Shown piece after piece: positions 18,761-29,305 of a stretch of DNA of 64,000 nt (positions are counted from its first letter, which is position 1; each line of letters opens with the position of its first letter). This DNA is from Fibrobacteria bacterium (GTDB taxonomy: Bacteria > Fibrobacterota > Chitinivibrionia > Chitinivibrionales > FEN-1185). The position numbers and the translations under genes are program-made. The notes beneath the pieces were generated by a model that saw only the letters and a list, made by a program, of their open reading frames with translations, ran no database searches and was not told where the DNA came from. The stretch is taken from positions 160,001 through 224,000 of the forward strand of contig JBBIGR010000002.1 of assembly GCA_037447435.1 (NCBI GenBank), read 5' to 3'.

Positions 18761-21700
18761 GTAAAAAAGAAAAGAAGAAATTCAAATTAGGCGATATAAT
18801 TCAAAAACTCAATGAAGCGCAGGCTGCATCGGGTGAATCTTTGCCTGCAGAGGAACCAAAGGAAACAACAAATACCTCTAAAAGCGGTTCCAAACCCAGG
18901 TCTTTTTTTGGCCCGGAAGAACTTTCTTTAGAGCCGGAACCTTCTTCAATTCCTCCCTTTGCCGAATCAGACTATGATAGGGCATCCGATAAAAAGTCTC
19001 AAGGCGCATCGCTATCGAACGAGACTCAAGATGAACCTTTGTTCGGAAATCGGAAATTATCTAAACCTGAGTCACTTCAGAAGAGCTCATCACACCCTCT
19101 CACTGCGGACCCGATTCCGCAAACAGCAACTCAACAAATGCAAAAACCGGTTTTCGACTCCATTCAAAGTGAAACGGAAGAACCGGAATTCGACCTCATG
19201 CGATATGTCGGCGTTATTTTCCGTCGGAAAAACATCATCATCGTTTGTGCCATTTGCATGGGAATATTTTCTTTATTTGGATATATCAAAGCCGTTAAAT
19301 TTTACTCAGCGCACGCGCGGTTGTTATTTTCCCCCGGCTATCAGGACATCATGGGAGATAATACCAATGCATGGATGATTTGGGGCAGAGATGATCAGAA
19401 ATTTAACACGCATTTGGAGCTTTTAAAATCAAATACCGTTGCCCAACGTACTGCAGAGCAATTAGGTAATAAGATAACGGCAACTGATATTTCCGGCGGC
19501 CTCGCCATTGCTCGCGGAGAAAGCGGAGGAGAAAAAAACGATATCATTGATGTGACATACAAAAGCAATGACCCCCACTTATCTCAAACTGTTGCAAATC
19601 AACTGTGCAAAACATATGTCGACTATATGAAAGAGGTAAGCGTCCAAGATATCACCCGGCTACTTATGAAACTTCAGGACCAAATAGATAAGGTACAAGT
19701 CGAGCTTGACCAAAAAGAAAACCTTCTTAAGACCTTTAAAGAAAAAAACAGGACGGTACAACTGTCCTCGGAAACAAATATTACGGTATCAAAACTTTCG
19801 CAACTGGAACTCGAGCTGCAAAAGACCCAATTAGATATATTGGAAAGCAGGGAACGATTTACCGGAATAAAAAAAGAGATCGGCCAGCAGAACATAGACG
19901 TGGTACAATCCATGACCTATTCGAACCCGTTTCAGTCGAAACTCGCCGAACTTGAACTCGAACTGAACAGTCTCTCCGCCGAATACAGCCCGGAACATTT
20001 CAAGGTCAAAATGGTAAAGAGCCAAATCGATAAAATCAAAGACGCGATGAAAACCGATATCACCAAAGAAGCGGCCTCGCGAACTATGGTGAAAAATCCC
20101 ATCCGTGAGGAGTTATTGCAATCTCTTGTCAATTTATCGATAGAAAAAAGCGCTCTTGAATCCAAGGAACTCGCCCAAAAACAACTTATCAAACAACTTG
20201 ATGTAGACCTCGAAAAGCTGCCCTCAATCGAACTGCAATATGCGCAACTGACCCGTGAAACCGAATCATTGATCGAGGTTCAAAAACTGCTTAAATCCCG
20301 ATTTGAAGAAGCGCGTATCAAACACGATTCCCAGGAATCGGACCTTAAAATCCTGGAATGGGCCCAATTACCCGTTGCCGGCGTTTCCAGTGTTCCCTTC
20401 ACAAAAGTTTTACTCGGTTTTCTAATCGGAATAGTCATCGGAATTGCCCTGGCATTTGGTATAGAATTTTTAGATCAGTCAATTAAGGATCCTCAAAGCA
20501 TCGAGCGCGTCATGGAGTTGCCGCTATTAGGCATCGTTCCTATCATTGAAATGGAAAAAGCAATCATCGACGGCACTTCCGAAAAATGGCGCACGGTTTT
20601 AGAACCCTTCCGGGCTCTGAGAGCTACGCTAAAGCATTTGGCAAATGCAAATCAAATTAAAACCCTTATTATTTGCAGCGCGGTCAAAGGTGAAGGAAAA
20701 ACCACTCTTGCGGCAAATCTGGCAATCACGTTTTCCCTTGACGGAAAAAAAGTTATTCTTGTGGACGGCGATCTTCGTCGGGCTCAAATGCATACTTTAT
20801 TTAATATTCCAAAATACAACGGCCTTTCCGATTATCTTTTAGGAACCCGCGATACCGAAGAAATCCTAAAACCGACGGTACATGAAAATCTTCGTGTCAT
20901 AACTGCCGGCGAACATCCCGATAATCCGTCGGAACTGATTGGAAGCGCCCGGTTCGATCAATTAGTTCATGAACTCCGTTCAATGGCGGATTTCATAATT
21001 TTCGATTCCCCTGCATTACTGCCGGTAAGCGACGGCTTGTCGATGGCACCTAAAGTCGATGCTTGCGTAATGGTTTTTCGCGCATTGTGGACTCCTTTAA
21101 AAGCAGCCCAGCAGGCAAAAAATCAGCTCAAACGAATTGGATGCAATATTGTTGGAGGCATACTTAACGGCATATCCCATTCCCGCGGGTATTATCCCTA
21201 TTATTATGGGTATTATCGATACTATGCTTATAAATACACCTACGAAGAAGATCATGATCGTCCGCATAAGGCGCCGACATTACGGGAAGTCGGATTAAAA
21301 ATCGAGCAAGTTTTTCGAAACAGCGTGAAATCATTTGTATTTTCTTTTCCGCAAATTCGTGCCAAGTCGCTTGTTTTTATGGGGCAACTATTCAGAAAAA
21401 AGACCTTCTGGTTGCTTTTATCCCTCCTTGTTTTAATTCCAATTATTTTCTCGATATTAAAATTCGCCGGAATCGGAGTCAATAACCGGGACATCGTTTA
21501 TATGACAAAAAAGGATACTATCCAATATCTATCTCCAACCGCGACGCCTTCCGCAATTGAAACTATCGGCACACCGCCTTCCGCCATAGGTGTCGTAGAT
21601 ACCGCGTCCGCATCAGCCTTTTCAATGTCCCATTCCGGCCTTCAATCCGGATCAGACCAATTTGAAAAACAGCAAAAAGCAATTAAGGTGGCGATTTCGG

Positions 21701-22059
21701 CCCCCCCCATTCTTCTATCGATTAAAGACAGCATTGCTCAATGGGAGACCGCATTGAATGCCGCGAACGCCGAAAGATTTGTTTCGTTTTACGATTCCCT
21801 CAGGTTTAAATTTCCCGGGAAAACATTTACCGAATGGAGAACCGAAATCTCGTCCGTTATAAATAATTCGTCAAAGCCGCAACGCATCGTCGTGGACTCG
21901 ATTTGGTCCGATTCTATTGCAGCTCCTTTTTTTCAAACGTCTTTTGCCTGCTCCCTCTTTACTTCGGTCGATACGCTGATGCGGACCTACAGTCTTGTAT
22001 GGCAAAACATGAGCTCCACTTGGCGGATTATCCGCGAAAAGCACAAGGACCAATTATGA
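18757..22059 (+). CDS. wzc: Wzc-like polysaccharide co-polymerase / BY-kinase with N- and C-terminal extensions
   Basis: Two TMs flank a coiled coil; EPFRALR, SAVKGEGKTT, VILVDGDLRR and IIFDSPA; Tyr cluster YYPYYYGYYRYYAY; then about 270 extra aa. Confidence 0.9.
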   Translation: MSKKEKKKFKLGDIIQKLNEAQAASGESLPAEEPKETTNTSKSGSKPRSFFGPEELSLEPEPSSIPPFAESDYDRASDKKSQGASLSNETQDEPLFGNRKLSKPESLQKSSSHPLTADPIPQTATQQMQKPVFDSIQSETEEPEFDLMRYVGVIFRRKNIIIVCAICMGIFSLFGYIKAVKFYSAHARLLFSPGYQDIMGDNTNAWMIWGRDDQKFNTHLELLKSNTVAQRTAEQLGNKITATDISGGLAIARGESGGEKNDIIDVTYKSNDPHLSQTVANQLCKTYVDYMKEVSVQDITRLLMKLQDQIDKVQVELDQKENLLKTFKEKNRTVQLSSETNITVSKLSQLELELQKTQLDILESRERFTGIKKEIGQQNIDVVQSMTYSNPFQSKLAELELELNSLSAEYSPEHFKVKMVKSQIDKIKDAMKTDITKEAASRTMVKNPIREELLQSLVNLSIEKSALESKELAQKQLIKQLDVDLEKLPSIELQYAQLTRETESLIEVQKLLKSRFEEARIKHDSQESDLKILEWAQLPVAGVSSVPFTKVLLGFLIGIVIGIALAFGIEFLDQSIKDPQSIERVMELPLLGIVPIIEMEKAIIDGTSEKWRTVLEPFRALRATLKHLANANQIKTLIICSAVKGEGKTTLAANLAITFSLDGKKVILVDGDLRRAQMHTLFNIPKYNGLSDYLLGTRDTEEILKPTVHENLRVITAGEHPDNPSELIGSARFDQLVHELRSMADFIIFDSPALLPVSDGLSMAPKVDACVMVFRALWTPLKAAQQAKNQLKRIGCNIVGGILNGISHSRGYYPYYYGYYRYYAYKYTYEEDHDRPHKAPTLREVGLKIEQVFRNSVKSFVFSFPQIRAKSLVFMGQLFRKKTFWLLLSLLVLIPIIFSILKFAGIGVNNRDIVYMTKKDTIQYLSPTATPSAIETIGTPPSAIGVVDTASASAFSMSHSGLQSGSDQFEKQQKAIKVAISAPPILLSIKDSIAQWETALNAANAERFVSFYDSLRFKFPGKTFTEWRTEISSVINNSSKPQRIVVDSIWSDSIAAPFFQTSFACSLFTSVDTLMRTYSLVWQNMSSTWRIIREKHKDQL

Positions 22060-23639
22060 GCCTTTCAAGGGTTTTCAAAAGACGTATCGCCACGATGTCG
22101 ATATACGCGGTTTTGGTCGGCGCAATTGCATGGCAATTGAGTTATTACATACCGAAATTCCTCGGCCGGGATTCTGCGGATGCCGTTGACCACATTCTGG
22201 TAACGGTCAGCGGAAATGTGCTTCACCCGGGACAATACAAAGTACCTTCGGGAACAACTCATTTCGAAATTCTAAAGGTTGCCGGAGTCAAACCGACCTC
22301 CGACATTTCAACGTTCAGTCTTGCGCAACAAATAACCGATAATCAACAGCTGCAGGTCGGTACAATGCCTAATCCGGTTTCGCTTAAACCCGCAAGCGAT
22401 AAAATTCGTTGCGAGTTTTTTCTCGGCGACGTCGCCGTTATCGCTGCCGACGGACATACAAAAGCAAAAGAAGACGGATTGGAAATCACCCCGGGAGACC
22501 GCCTCCTTACCGAAGAGAAATCCCAGACCGAACTTTCGGTTTCAACATTTTCGCGCATTGACGTCGACAATTTTTCGGAACTTGTTTTTGACAAGATCGG
22601 CGTCCAGGAAAACAACAGGAGTACGACCTGGCTAACGCAAAAATCCGGCATTTGTTGGTATAAAATCGTATACGGCTCAAAGGGCGAGTTGTTTCGCGTG
22701 AGTACGCCGCTTGCAACGGTAACCGTTGCCGGCACCGGTGCCGACTTTACCGTTACGGTTAAGCCCGATGAAATAACTATTGACAATATGGACGGCCTTC
22801 TGCTCATCGAAAGGACCGGGAGTACGGAAGCAATCAACCTGATTTCGGGGCAATCCGCATCTATTTTCAACGATAACAGACCGTTTCAGGTTACTTCGCT
22901 GACGGCGGAAGGGAATCCGTCGGACCGGTTTTCCGGATTGACTAAAGAAAAAGCGAACGTGGTCATGCGGCATATGCCGCTTAATTTTGCTTTTTGCGGC
23001 GTCCCCGGCGTTTATTATTTCGGGTCCGTCGACTTTGAACGCGGGCTTATTTCTATTGTAAACTTGCCTCCCGAAACTTCGGTCGAGGAGTACGTGCAGG
23101 GTTGCGCAACGATCGATCAGGCATTTTTATACGGAGGGGGAATATTCGTCACGACCCTCATGGAGCAAATATTCGGAACGAGGATCCCAAAATTCTTTGT
23201 GTTGGAAAAAGAAGATGTAATCCGGATCGCAGGATCTATAGGAGGTTTGAAAATTTCCGTCGACGATAAGGCCGCCAGTCTCATGAGACTTTCAAAGGGC
23301 TCTCAGAAGCTTACCAGTCATCAACTTGCTTTATTTTTAAAACCGGGTTTATCGGGAATCGATGACTTCAGAAACAGACAAAATACCGTTTTAAAAGCGG
23401 TTTTCGATGGATTGAGTTCAAAAAACATCGTTATGACATCCCTTTTGGCGGAACAAATTTTCACTAACACTCACACTAATTTTTCGACAAAGGAAGTCAT
23501 GGACGAATATACAAAATTTACCAATGTCCAAAACTGGCAGTTCCGGCAAAATTCTATGCCGGTAAAGCAAAACGTACGCGGCGGAAAAATGGTATTGGAC
23601 CCGGATATCGAAGCGTATAAAAAACTTAACCAACAGTAA
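22056..23639 (+). CDS. Membrane-anchored SLBB + FecR-like + degenerate LCP (LytR-CpsA-Psr) fusion protein
   Basis: ATGA overlap with wzc. VTVSGNVLHPGQYKV (SLBB); PGDRLLT...VSTPLATVTVAGT..F (FecR); IGGLKISVD...G.QKL...FRNRQNTVLKAV (LCP-like). Confidence 0.7.
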   Translation: MSLSRVFKRRIATMSIYAVLVGAIAWQLSYYIPKFLGRDSADAVDHILVTVSGNVLHPGQYKVPSGTTHFEILKVAGVKPTSDISTFSLAQQITDNQQLQVGTMPNPVSLKPASDKIRCEFFLGDVAVIAADGHTKAKEDGLEITPGDRLLTEEKSQTELSVSTFSRIDVDNFSELVFDKIGVQENNRSTTWLTQKSGICWYKIVYGSKGELFRVSTPLATVTVAGTGADFTVTVKPDEITIDNMDGLLLIERTGSTEAINLISGQSASIFNDNRPFQVTSLTAEGNPSDRFSGLTKEKANVVMRHMPLNFAFCGVPGVYYFGSVDFERGLISIVNLPPETSVEEYVQGCATIDQAFLYGGGIFVTTLMEQIFGTRIPKFFVLEKEDVIRIAGSIGGLKISVDDKAASLMRLSKGSQKLTSHQLALFLKPGLSGIDDFRNRQNTVLKAVFDGLSSKNIVMTSLLAEQIFTNTHTNFSTKEVMDEYTKFTNVQNWQFRQNSMPVKQNVRGGKMVLDPDIEAYKKLNQQ

Positions 23640-23655
23640 AAGCAGGACACAACTC

Positions 23656-24513
23656 ATGAAACTCTTTATTATAGGCTGTAATGGACAGCTTGGACAAGAC
23701 ATGGCGATTAGCGCAAAAAAAAGAGGGCATAGTGTTTCCGGCTCGGATTTTCCCGCGATAGACATTACAAACGAACAAAGCGTTGCGAATGCCGTTGCCG
23801 AAAATTCTCCGGATTGCATAATAAACTGCGCGGCGCATACCGCCGTTGATTTATGCGAAACAGAACCCGAAAAAGCCTTTGCCATAAACAAAAACGGCGT
23901 AAAGAACATAGCGATTGCCGCCCGTAAAACCGGTGCGAAAATCGTCCATATAAGCACCGATTACGTGTTTGACGGAACTAAAAAAGGGCCCTATTATGAA
24001 ACAGATATCCCCAACCCGGCATCGGTGTACGGGAAATCAAAACTTGCGGGCGAAGAAATTCTTGCCCAAAATTATGATCGCTATTTTACCTTTCGATTGG
24101 CATGGCTTTATGGCACTAGGGGCAATAATTTCCTTAAAACCATTCGATCCATCGCTCAAAAACGCGTTGAAACGCATGAACCGCTCAAGGTTGTAAATGA
24201 TCAAATCGGAACACCGACATACACGCTTCACGTTTGCGAACAAATCCTTTCGGTAATTTCCACCGATAATTTCGGTTTATTCCATTCGACGAACGAGGGG
24301 TTTTGCAGTTGGTTCGACTTTGCTAAAGCAATTGTGGAAAGCTATAAGATTCCCGTGCAAGTTTTACCCTGTACTACCGCCGAATTCCCACGGCCCGCTC
24401 CAAGACCAGCAAACAGCGTTCTGGAAAATGAACGTTTGAAAAAACTCGGAATGAACATACTGCCTCGATGGGAAAAGGGGCTACAAGATTATATCAAGGA
24501 AGAAACAATATGA
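23656..24513 (+). CDS. rfbD: dTDP-4-dehydrorhamnose reductase
   Basis: GCNGQLG, INCAAHTAVD, HISTDYVFDG, YGKSKLAGE, DQIGTPT and PAPRPANSVL. Confidence 0.96.
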   Translation: MKLFIIGCNGQLGQDMAISAKKRGHSVSGSDFPAIDITNEQSVANAVAENSPDCIINCAAHTAVDLCETEPEKAFAINKNGVKNIAIAARKTGAKIVHISTDYVFDGTKKGPYYETDIPNPASVYGKSKLAGEEILAQNYDRYFTFRLAWLYGTRGNNFLKTIRSIAQKRVETHEPLKVVNDQIGTPTYTLHVCEQILSVISTDNFGLFHSTNEGFCSWFDFAKAIVESYKIPVQVLPCTTAEFPRPAPRPANSVLENERLKKLGMNILPRWEKGLQDYIKEETI

Positions 24514-25493
24514 AAATACTTGTCACCGGCGGTTGCGGCTTTATCGGTTCGAATTTCATTTTACAAGCATTAAAAAACCATTCGGATTACTCCATAGTTA
24601 ATATCGACCTATTGACCTATGCCGGAAATCCCGATAATTTGCTCTCTATCGAAAAAGACGGCCGATATACTTTTGTCAAAGCAGACATTTGCGACCAAAG
24701 CGCCTGTTCCGCTCTATTTACAAAGCATCAATTCGACGCAGTAGTGCATTTTGCCGCAGAGTCTCATGTGGATAGAAGCATAGAAGGACCAAAGGCCTTT
24801 GTACTCACCAATGTCCTCGGCACGCAAAACCTTCTTGAATGCGCGCGGAACGCTTGGAACGGTCAATGGCAAAATAAACGCTTTGTCCATGTGTCGACCG
24901 ATGAAGTTTACGGCAGTCTTGGAAATACGGGATGTTTTTCCGAAACAACGCCGCTCGCGCCCAACAGTCCTTATTCCGCAAGTAAGGCCGGAAGCGATTT
25001 GATCGCCCGTTCTTATTTCGAAACCTTTGGTTTTCCGTCGATTATAACTCGGTGTTCGAACAATTACGGCCCCTATCAATTTCCCGAAAAATTGATTCCG
25101 CTCATGATTACCAATGCGATGGCAAACAAGCCGTTGCCCGTATACGGCGACGGTAAAAATGTCCGCGACTGGCTTTATGTTACCGATCACTGCGCTGCTA
25201 TCGATACCGTTCTTGGAAAAGGAAGGATCGGCCAGGTCTACAATATCGGCGGCTCAAACGAATGGCATAACATCGATATCGTCAAGCTCATACTTTCCGA
25301 ACTTGGGAAACCCCAATCTTTAATAAACTATGTGACGGACAGGCTTGGTCACGACAGACGGTATGCAATTGATGCAAGCAAAATCAAGCAAGAACTGGGT
25401 TGGACGCCATCAATATCTTTTGCAGAAGGAATCAAACATACAATCACCTGGTATATCGAGAACAAATGGTGGTGGGAAAAACTTTTAAAGTAA
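24510..25493 (+). CDS. rfbB: dTDP-glucose 4,6-dehydratase
   Basis: ILVTGGCGFIGSNF, HFAAESHVDRSI, HVSTDEVYG, YSASKA and GHDRRYAID; ATGA overlap with rfbD. Confidence 0.97.
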   Translation: MKILVTGGCGFIGSNFILQALKNHSDYSIVNIDLLTYAGNPDNLLSIEKDGRYTFVKADICDQSACSALFTKHQFDAVVHFAAESHVDRSIEGPKAFVLTNVLGTQNLLECARNAWNGQWQNKRFVHVSTDEVYGSLGNTGCFSETTPLAPNSPYSASKAGSDLIARSYFETFGFPSIITRCSNNYGPYQFPEKLIPLMITNAMANKPLPVYGDGKNVRDWLYVTDHCAAIDTVLGKGRIGQVYNIGGSNEWHNIDIVKLILSELGKPQSLINYVTDRLGHDRRYAIDASKIKQELGWTPSISFAEGIKHTITWYIENKWWWEKLLK

Positions 25494-25538
25494 CAATGCA
25501 AATTGTTCTATCGTAAAGACTATTGAACCTTTTAAGCT

Positions 25539-26309
25539 TTATACAAACAAAGCTTTTCTTCGAAATTCCGCAGGACCGATTTTCTGCGATCGGATAAATG
25601 CTTTCGTAAAATGATTTCTATCGCAAAACCCCGTTGTTTCGGCGATATGGTCTATACTGAGACTTGAGTATTTTAGTAAATTGCACGCTTTTTGAAATCT
25701 TTTTGCCTCAAAATATTTTTTGGGCGTTGCTTTCATTTTTTGCTTAAAGAAATGAATAAACGCATTTGTATTCATCCCCACAAGTTGAGCAAGCTCCCCG
25801 TTGGCCAGCTTATTTCCTAAATTCGCATCCATAAAATTGCAAACCGTTACCAACCGAGGATCATTCAGAACAGGGGTTTGAATTTTTTCAGACATAGCAC
25901 ACAAAGCTTTCGCAACGATCAAATTCGAAAGCAACAAAAATCTCGGGGTTTCGGATTGTCCGGCATTCAGCAATGAAATTGCTTCGGTAATGGTCTTCTT
26001 TAATTCCGGTGTAATGGTAAAATCATATAGCCCCGGCTGCATTTGCCCGGACGAATAACTGACGGTAAAATGAATGAAAAAATGATGCACTTCGTTTTTC
26101 GTATGTTTGTCGAACGGCGTATTGGGTGGAATAAGCACTACCTTTTCAGGTCCAAGTTCAACAAGCTGCTTTCCAAGAGTTAGGCTGGCTCCTTCGTTTC
26201 CATTCCAATACAATCGCCAAAACGGCGACGATCGGTTTTTGTTGGCCCATGTATCGGTACCAAACGTTTTGTAGCACAAAAGAACCTGAATCGTGAGACC
26301 TAAATCCAT
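25539..26309 (-). CDS. AraC-family transcriptional regulator
   Basis: N-terminal cupin-like sensor and C-terminal double HTH (ELAQLVGMN..F...FK; SIDHIAETTGF.DRNHFTKAF....GPAEFR). It is divergent from the GH2 gene. Confidence 0.92.
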   Translation of the reverse strand: MDLGLTIQVLLCYKTFGTDTWANKNRSSPFWRLYWNGNEGASLTLGKQLVELGPEKVVLIPPNTPFDKHTKNEVHHFFIHFTVSYSSGQMQPGLYDFTITPELKKTITEAISLLNAGQSETPRFLLLSNLIVAKALCAMSEKIQTPVLNDPRLVTVCNFMDANLGNKLANGELAQLVGMNTNAFIHFFKQKMKATPKKYFEAKRFQKACNLLKYSSLSIDHIAETTGFCDRNHFTKAFIRSQKIGPAEFRRKALFV

Positions 26310-26567
26310 GTTTTTATCCTTTAATTTTCTTGTACCCGGAATAATCGGGCGAATTCCATGAAATAAGCGTACTTTGCCATAACATTTTTAAATCGAATTA
26401 TTGAATAAAACTTTATCATACTTGAGGGGTCGTATGTAAATCTTGCATAAATATTCAACAAATCGTACCGGCTTAATAAAATGAAACTACTTTCCCTCTT
26501 CGACTTTCACACGTAATTACTGTATACTTTTAAAATAATAGGTACCGTAAGTACGATATGATTATTA

Positions 26568-26623
26568 TACATAAAATAGATGGATTTATCAATAGATTTT
26601 TAAAAAAAATGCATCGATATTAT
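26568..26623 (+). promoter_or_regulatory. Conserved 56-bp upstream element, copy 1 (before the GH2 gene)
   Basis: 45/56 ungapped identity to 29306-29361, with the first 16 nt (TACATAAAATAGATGG) and last 9 nt (CGATATTAT) identical. Confidence 0.75.
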
Positions 26624-26682
26624 CAAGCAGAGCAATAACTGGAAGTCCATTTTTTATTAACCTTACTGCGGAGCAATAAAAT

Positions 26683-29112
26683 ATGAGGAAAAACAATGTC
26701 CCCTTTTTTTCAAAAATGATAGTGTGTCAACTCCTGGCGGTTTCGTTGCTATTTGCGCAATTTTCGAGGCAGCACTATACCCTCAACTCGCTGGCCTGGA
26801 AATTCAAGAAGGCCGACGTAAGCGGAGCCGAGGCTACAGCGTTCAGTGATGCCGCGTGGCAAAGCATTACCATTCCGCACGATTTCAACGGCGGAATAGA
26901 TAAAGTAAACAATGACGTTTATACCGGCCCCAAAATGTACCGCGGCATCGGCTGGTATCGCGTCCATTTTCCTATCGATGCGAAATATCAGGGGAAAAAA
27001 ATATTCATCGATTTCGACGCTGCGTCGCTGGTAACGGATGTTTGGATCAACGGTACCCATATCGGACAGCATAAAGGCGGGTATACTGCATTTTCTTACG
27101 ACATTACCCCAAATGTTACCATCGGCGGCGACAATGTCCTTGCAGTTAAAGTGAACAGTGCAAACGATCCGAAAATCGCTCCGTGGATGCAAACGCCGTT
27201 TGGAACATATCCCACCAGTTACGATTATGCCGTTTACGGCGGAATTTATCGGAGCGTTTGGATAACCGTAACCGACCAGGCAAAAATCGAAGCGACGTTC
27301 ATCACCACGCCGGGCGTTTCTGCCGCATCTTCGCAAGTGCGTGTAAAAACAGAGGTTACCAACTATGCCGCGACGGCGCAATCGATTACCCTCACCACAA
27401 CCGTCGCGGATTCGACGGGTGCGACGGTAGCAACATTAACAAATACGCAAAGCGTTAACGCCGGTCAATTATATACTTTTGACCAAACGACCGCAAGCAA
27501 CGTCAGCTCCCCGCATCTCTGGTCACCGTCCTCGCCGTATCTTTACAAAGTGCATTCAACGCTTACCGTAGCCGGCACAGAAATCGACCAGTTCGACAGT
27601 CCGCTTGGATTCAGATGGTTTTCCATGCCGAAAACAAACGCCCAGTTCACGCTTAACGGCCAGCCGCTTTTTATACAAGGCGTCAACCGGCATCAGGATT
27701 GGATAGGCCTTGGGTGGTCATTGACAAGCGATCAACATCGTTACGATATGCAACTCATTAAAGACGGCGGATTCAATTTCGTTCGCCATGCCCATTATCC
27801 CGCGGATCAGTCTGCGATGAAAGCCTGCGACGAACTGGGGCTTTTGTCCTGGCTGGAAGTTCCGGTAACGGTTTCAATATCCACAGACCCGGACTTTTTA
27901 GCCAATGCGAAAAGCCAGCTCACTGAAATGATTCGACAAAACTACAACCACCCCAGCGTCATAATCTGGAGCATCGGAAACGAATCGGACCAAGCTGCGG
28001 CAAGTGCAAACCCTGCTTTGACCGAATCATATGCGAATTCTTTCAACAATTCTCTCAACGACCTTGCCCATCAACTCGATGCGACCCGTACCACGGCAGG
28101 CAGCAATTTCAAGCTTACATCCGACCAGGCAATTTCGGACATTTATTCACCCCATGTATTCCTTGGATGGTATGGCGGTGTTTATACCTCATACAGCCCG
28201 GTTGTATTTACAAGTGAATATGGTGCCGACGCGGACGTAACCATCCATAAAGAGCCCGGCAGCCAAAAGCTTGACGATTGGAGCCAGGAGTATCAGTGTC
28301 TGCTGCATGAAGCCTTTGTTGCCCGCGGTCAGGCAGTCAAGACTCAGTTTACCGGCCAATGCTTGTGGGTAATGTTCGATTTCGCATCACCCCGGGCAGA
28401 TAGAGTTATTGCCGCAAACAGCAACACGATAAATTATATGAATCAAAAAGGACTTTTTGGAGCAGATCACACCACCCCGAAAGATGCCTACTATTTTTAT
28501 CAGAGTTTTTATACGGATAAAACCAAAGCCCCAATGGTTTACATTGTTTCGCATTCATGGCTTAACCGTTGGACCGCGGCCGCAAGTAAAACGGTTTGGG
28601 CGTACAGCAATTGCGATAGCGTTGAACTTTTCAATTCCTTTGGGAGCGAATCTTTTGGCAAAAAAGCAAGGACCGCCGGAGAAAACACGATTAAAACCCG
28701 TTTCCAATGGGATAATGCATCGGTCAAATACAACATTCTTTATGCGCAAGGCTATGTGGGCGGTAAGATAGTTGCAAGGGATACGATCGTGCTGAAAAAC
28801 CTGCCGAACCCTCCGGGAGTTTCGTCAATAGTCGGTCTTGGCCAAAAAGCAAAACTATCAACTCCGGAAATTAAAATTACTTCGACAAACGGTCAATATT
28901 GCCTAACCGGCCGAATTCCGGCAAAATATTCCGGGCAATTATCCCTGTATTCAATTACCGGCGTTAAAATTACCACACTTCAAAACAGCAGCGCCGCAGA
29001 ATCGGGCGATGTTTCCGTGGTGTTAAATGCCGGAATGCTTTCAAAAGGAGTTTATTTACTAAAAGCCGAAGGAAAGGCAGCAACCTGGGCTAAACAATTC
29101 TTAGTTTTTTAA
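26683..29112 (+). CDS. Secreted GH2 glycoside hydrolase (beta-glucuronidase/galactosidase-like) with a T9SS-like C-terminal domain
   Basis: Signal peptide; IPHDFN, HKGGYTAF, YGGIYRSV, GVNRHQD, VRHAHYP, WSIGNE and SEYGA; tail LSLYSITGVKI...LSKGVYLLK. Confidence 0.93.
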   Translation: MRKNNVPFFSKMIVCQLLAVSLLFAQFSRQHYTLNSLAWKFKKADVSGAEATAFSDAAWQSITIPHDFNGGIDKVNNDVYTGPKMYRGIGWYRVHFPIDAKYQGKKIFIDFDAASLVTDVWINGTHIGQHKGGYTAFSYDITPNVTIGGDNVLAVKVNSANDPKIAPWMQTPFGTYPTSYDYAVYGGIYRSVWITVTDQAKIEATFITTPGVSAASSQVRVKTEVTNYAATAQSITLTTTVADSTGATVATLTNTQSVNAGQLYTFDQTTASNVSSPHLWSPSSPYLYKVHSTLTVAGTEIDQFDSPLGFRWFSMPKTNAQFTLNGQPLFIQGVNRHQDWIGLGWSLTSDQHRYDMQLIKDGGFNFVRHAHYPADQSAMKACDELGLLSWLEVPVTVSISTDPDFLANAKSQLTEMIRQNYNHPSVIIWSIGNESDQAAASANPALTESYANSFNNSLNDLAHQLDATRTTAGSNFKLTSDQAISDIYSPHVFLGWYGGVYTSYSPVVFTSEYGADADVTIHKEPGSQKLDDWSQEYQCLLHEAFVARGQAVKTQFTGQCLWVMFDFASPRADRVIAANSNTINYMNQKGLFGADHTTPKDAYYFYQSFYTDKTKAPMVYIVSHSWLNRWTAAASKTVWAYSNCDSVELFNSFGSESFGKKARTAGENTIKTRFQWDNASVKYNILYAQGYVGGKIVARDTIVLKNLPNPPGVSSIVGLGQKAKLSTPEIKITSTNGQYCLTGRIPAKYSGQLSLYSITGVKITTLQNSSAAESGDVSVVLNAGMLSKGVYLLKAEGKAATWAKQFLVF

Positions 29113-29146
29113 TTAAAATGCCCATACATTTTTTTTAAATTGTCAA

Positions 29147-29186
29147 AAAAAACCCTGCCCGCAAATATTTGCGGGCAGGGTTTTTT
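29147..29186. terminator. Rho-independent terminator after GH2
   Basis: Perfect 40-bp palindrome AAAAAACCCTGCCCGCAAAT|ATTTGCGGGCAGGGTTTTTT. Confidence 0.9.
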
Positions 29187-29305
29187 ATGTAAAATTGTCA
29201 TATGTACATAAATCGGTTTTTAAAAACCGATAATTTTCCTTGTTTTTTTCGTTATACAGTATATAAATAAGCATTTTTTAGTTTTTAAGTATCTTATGAG
29301 TTTTC

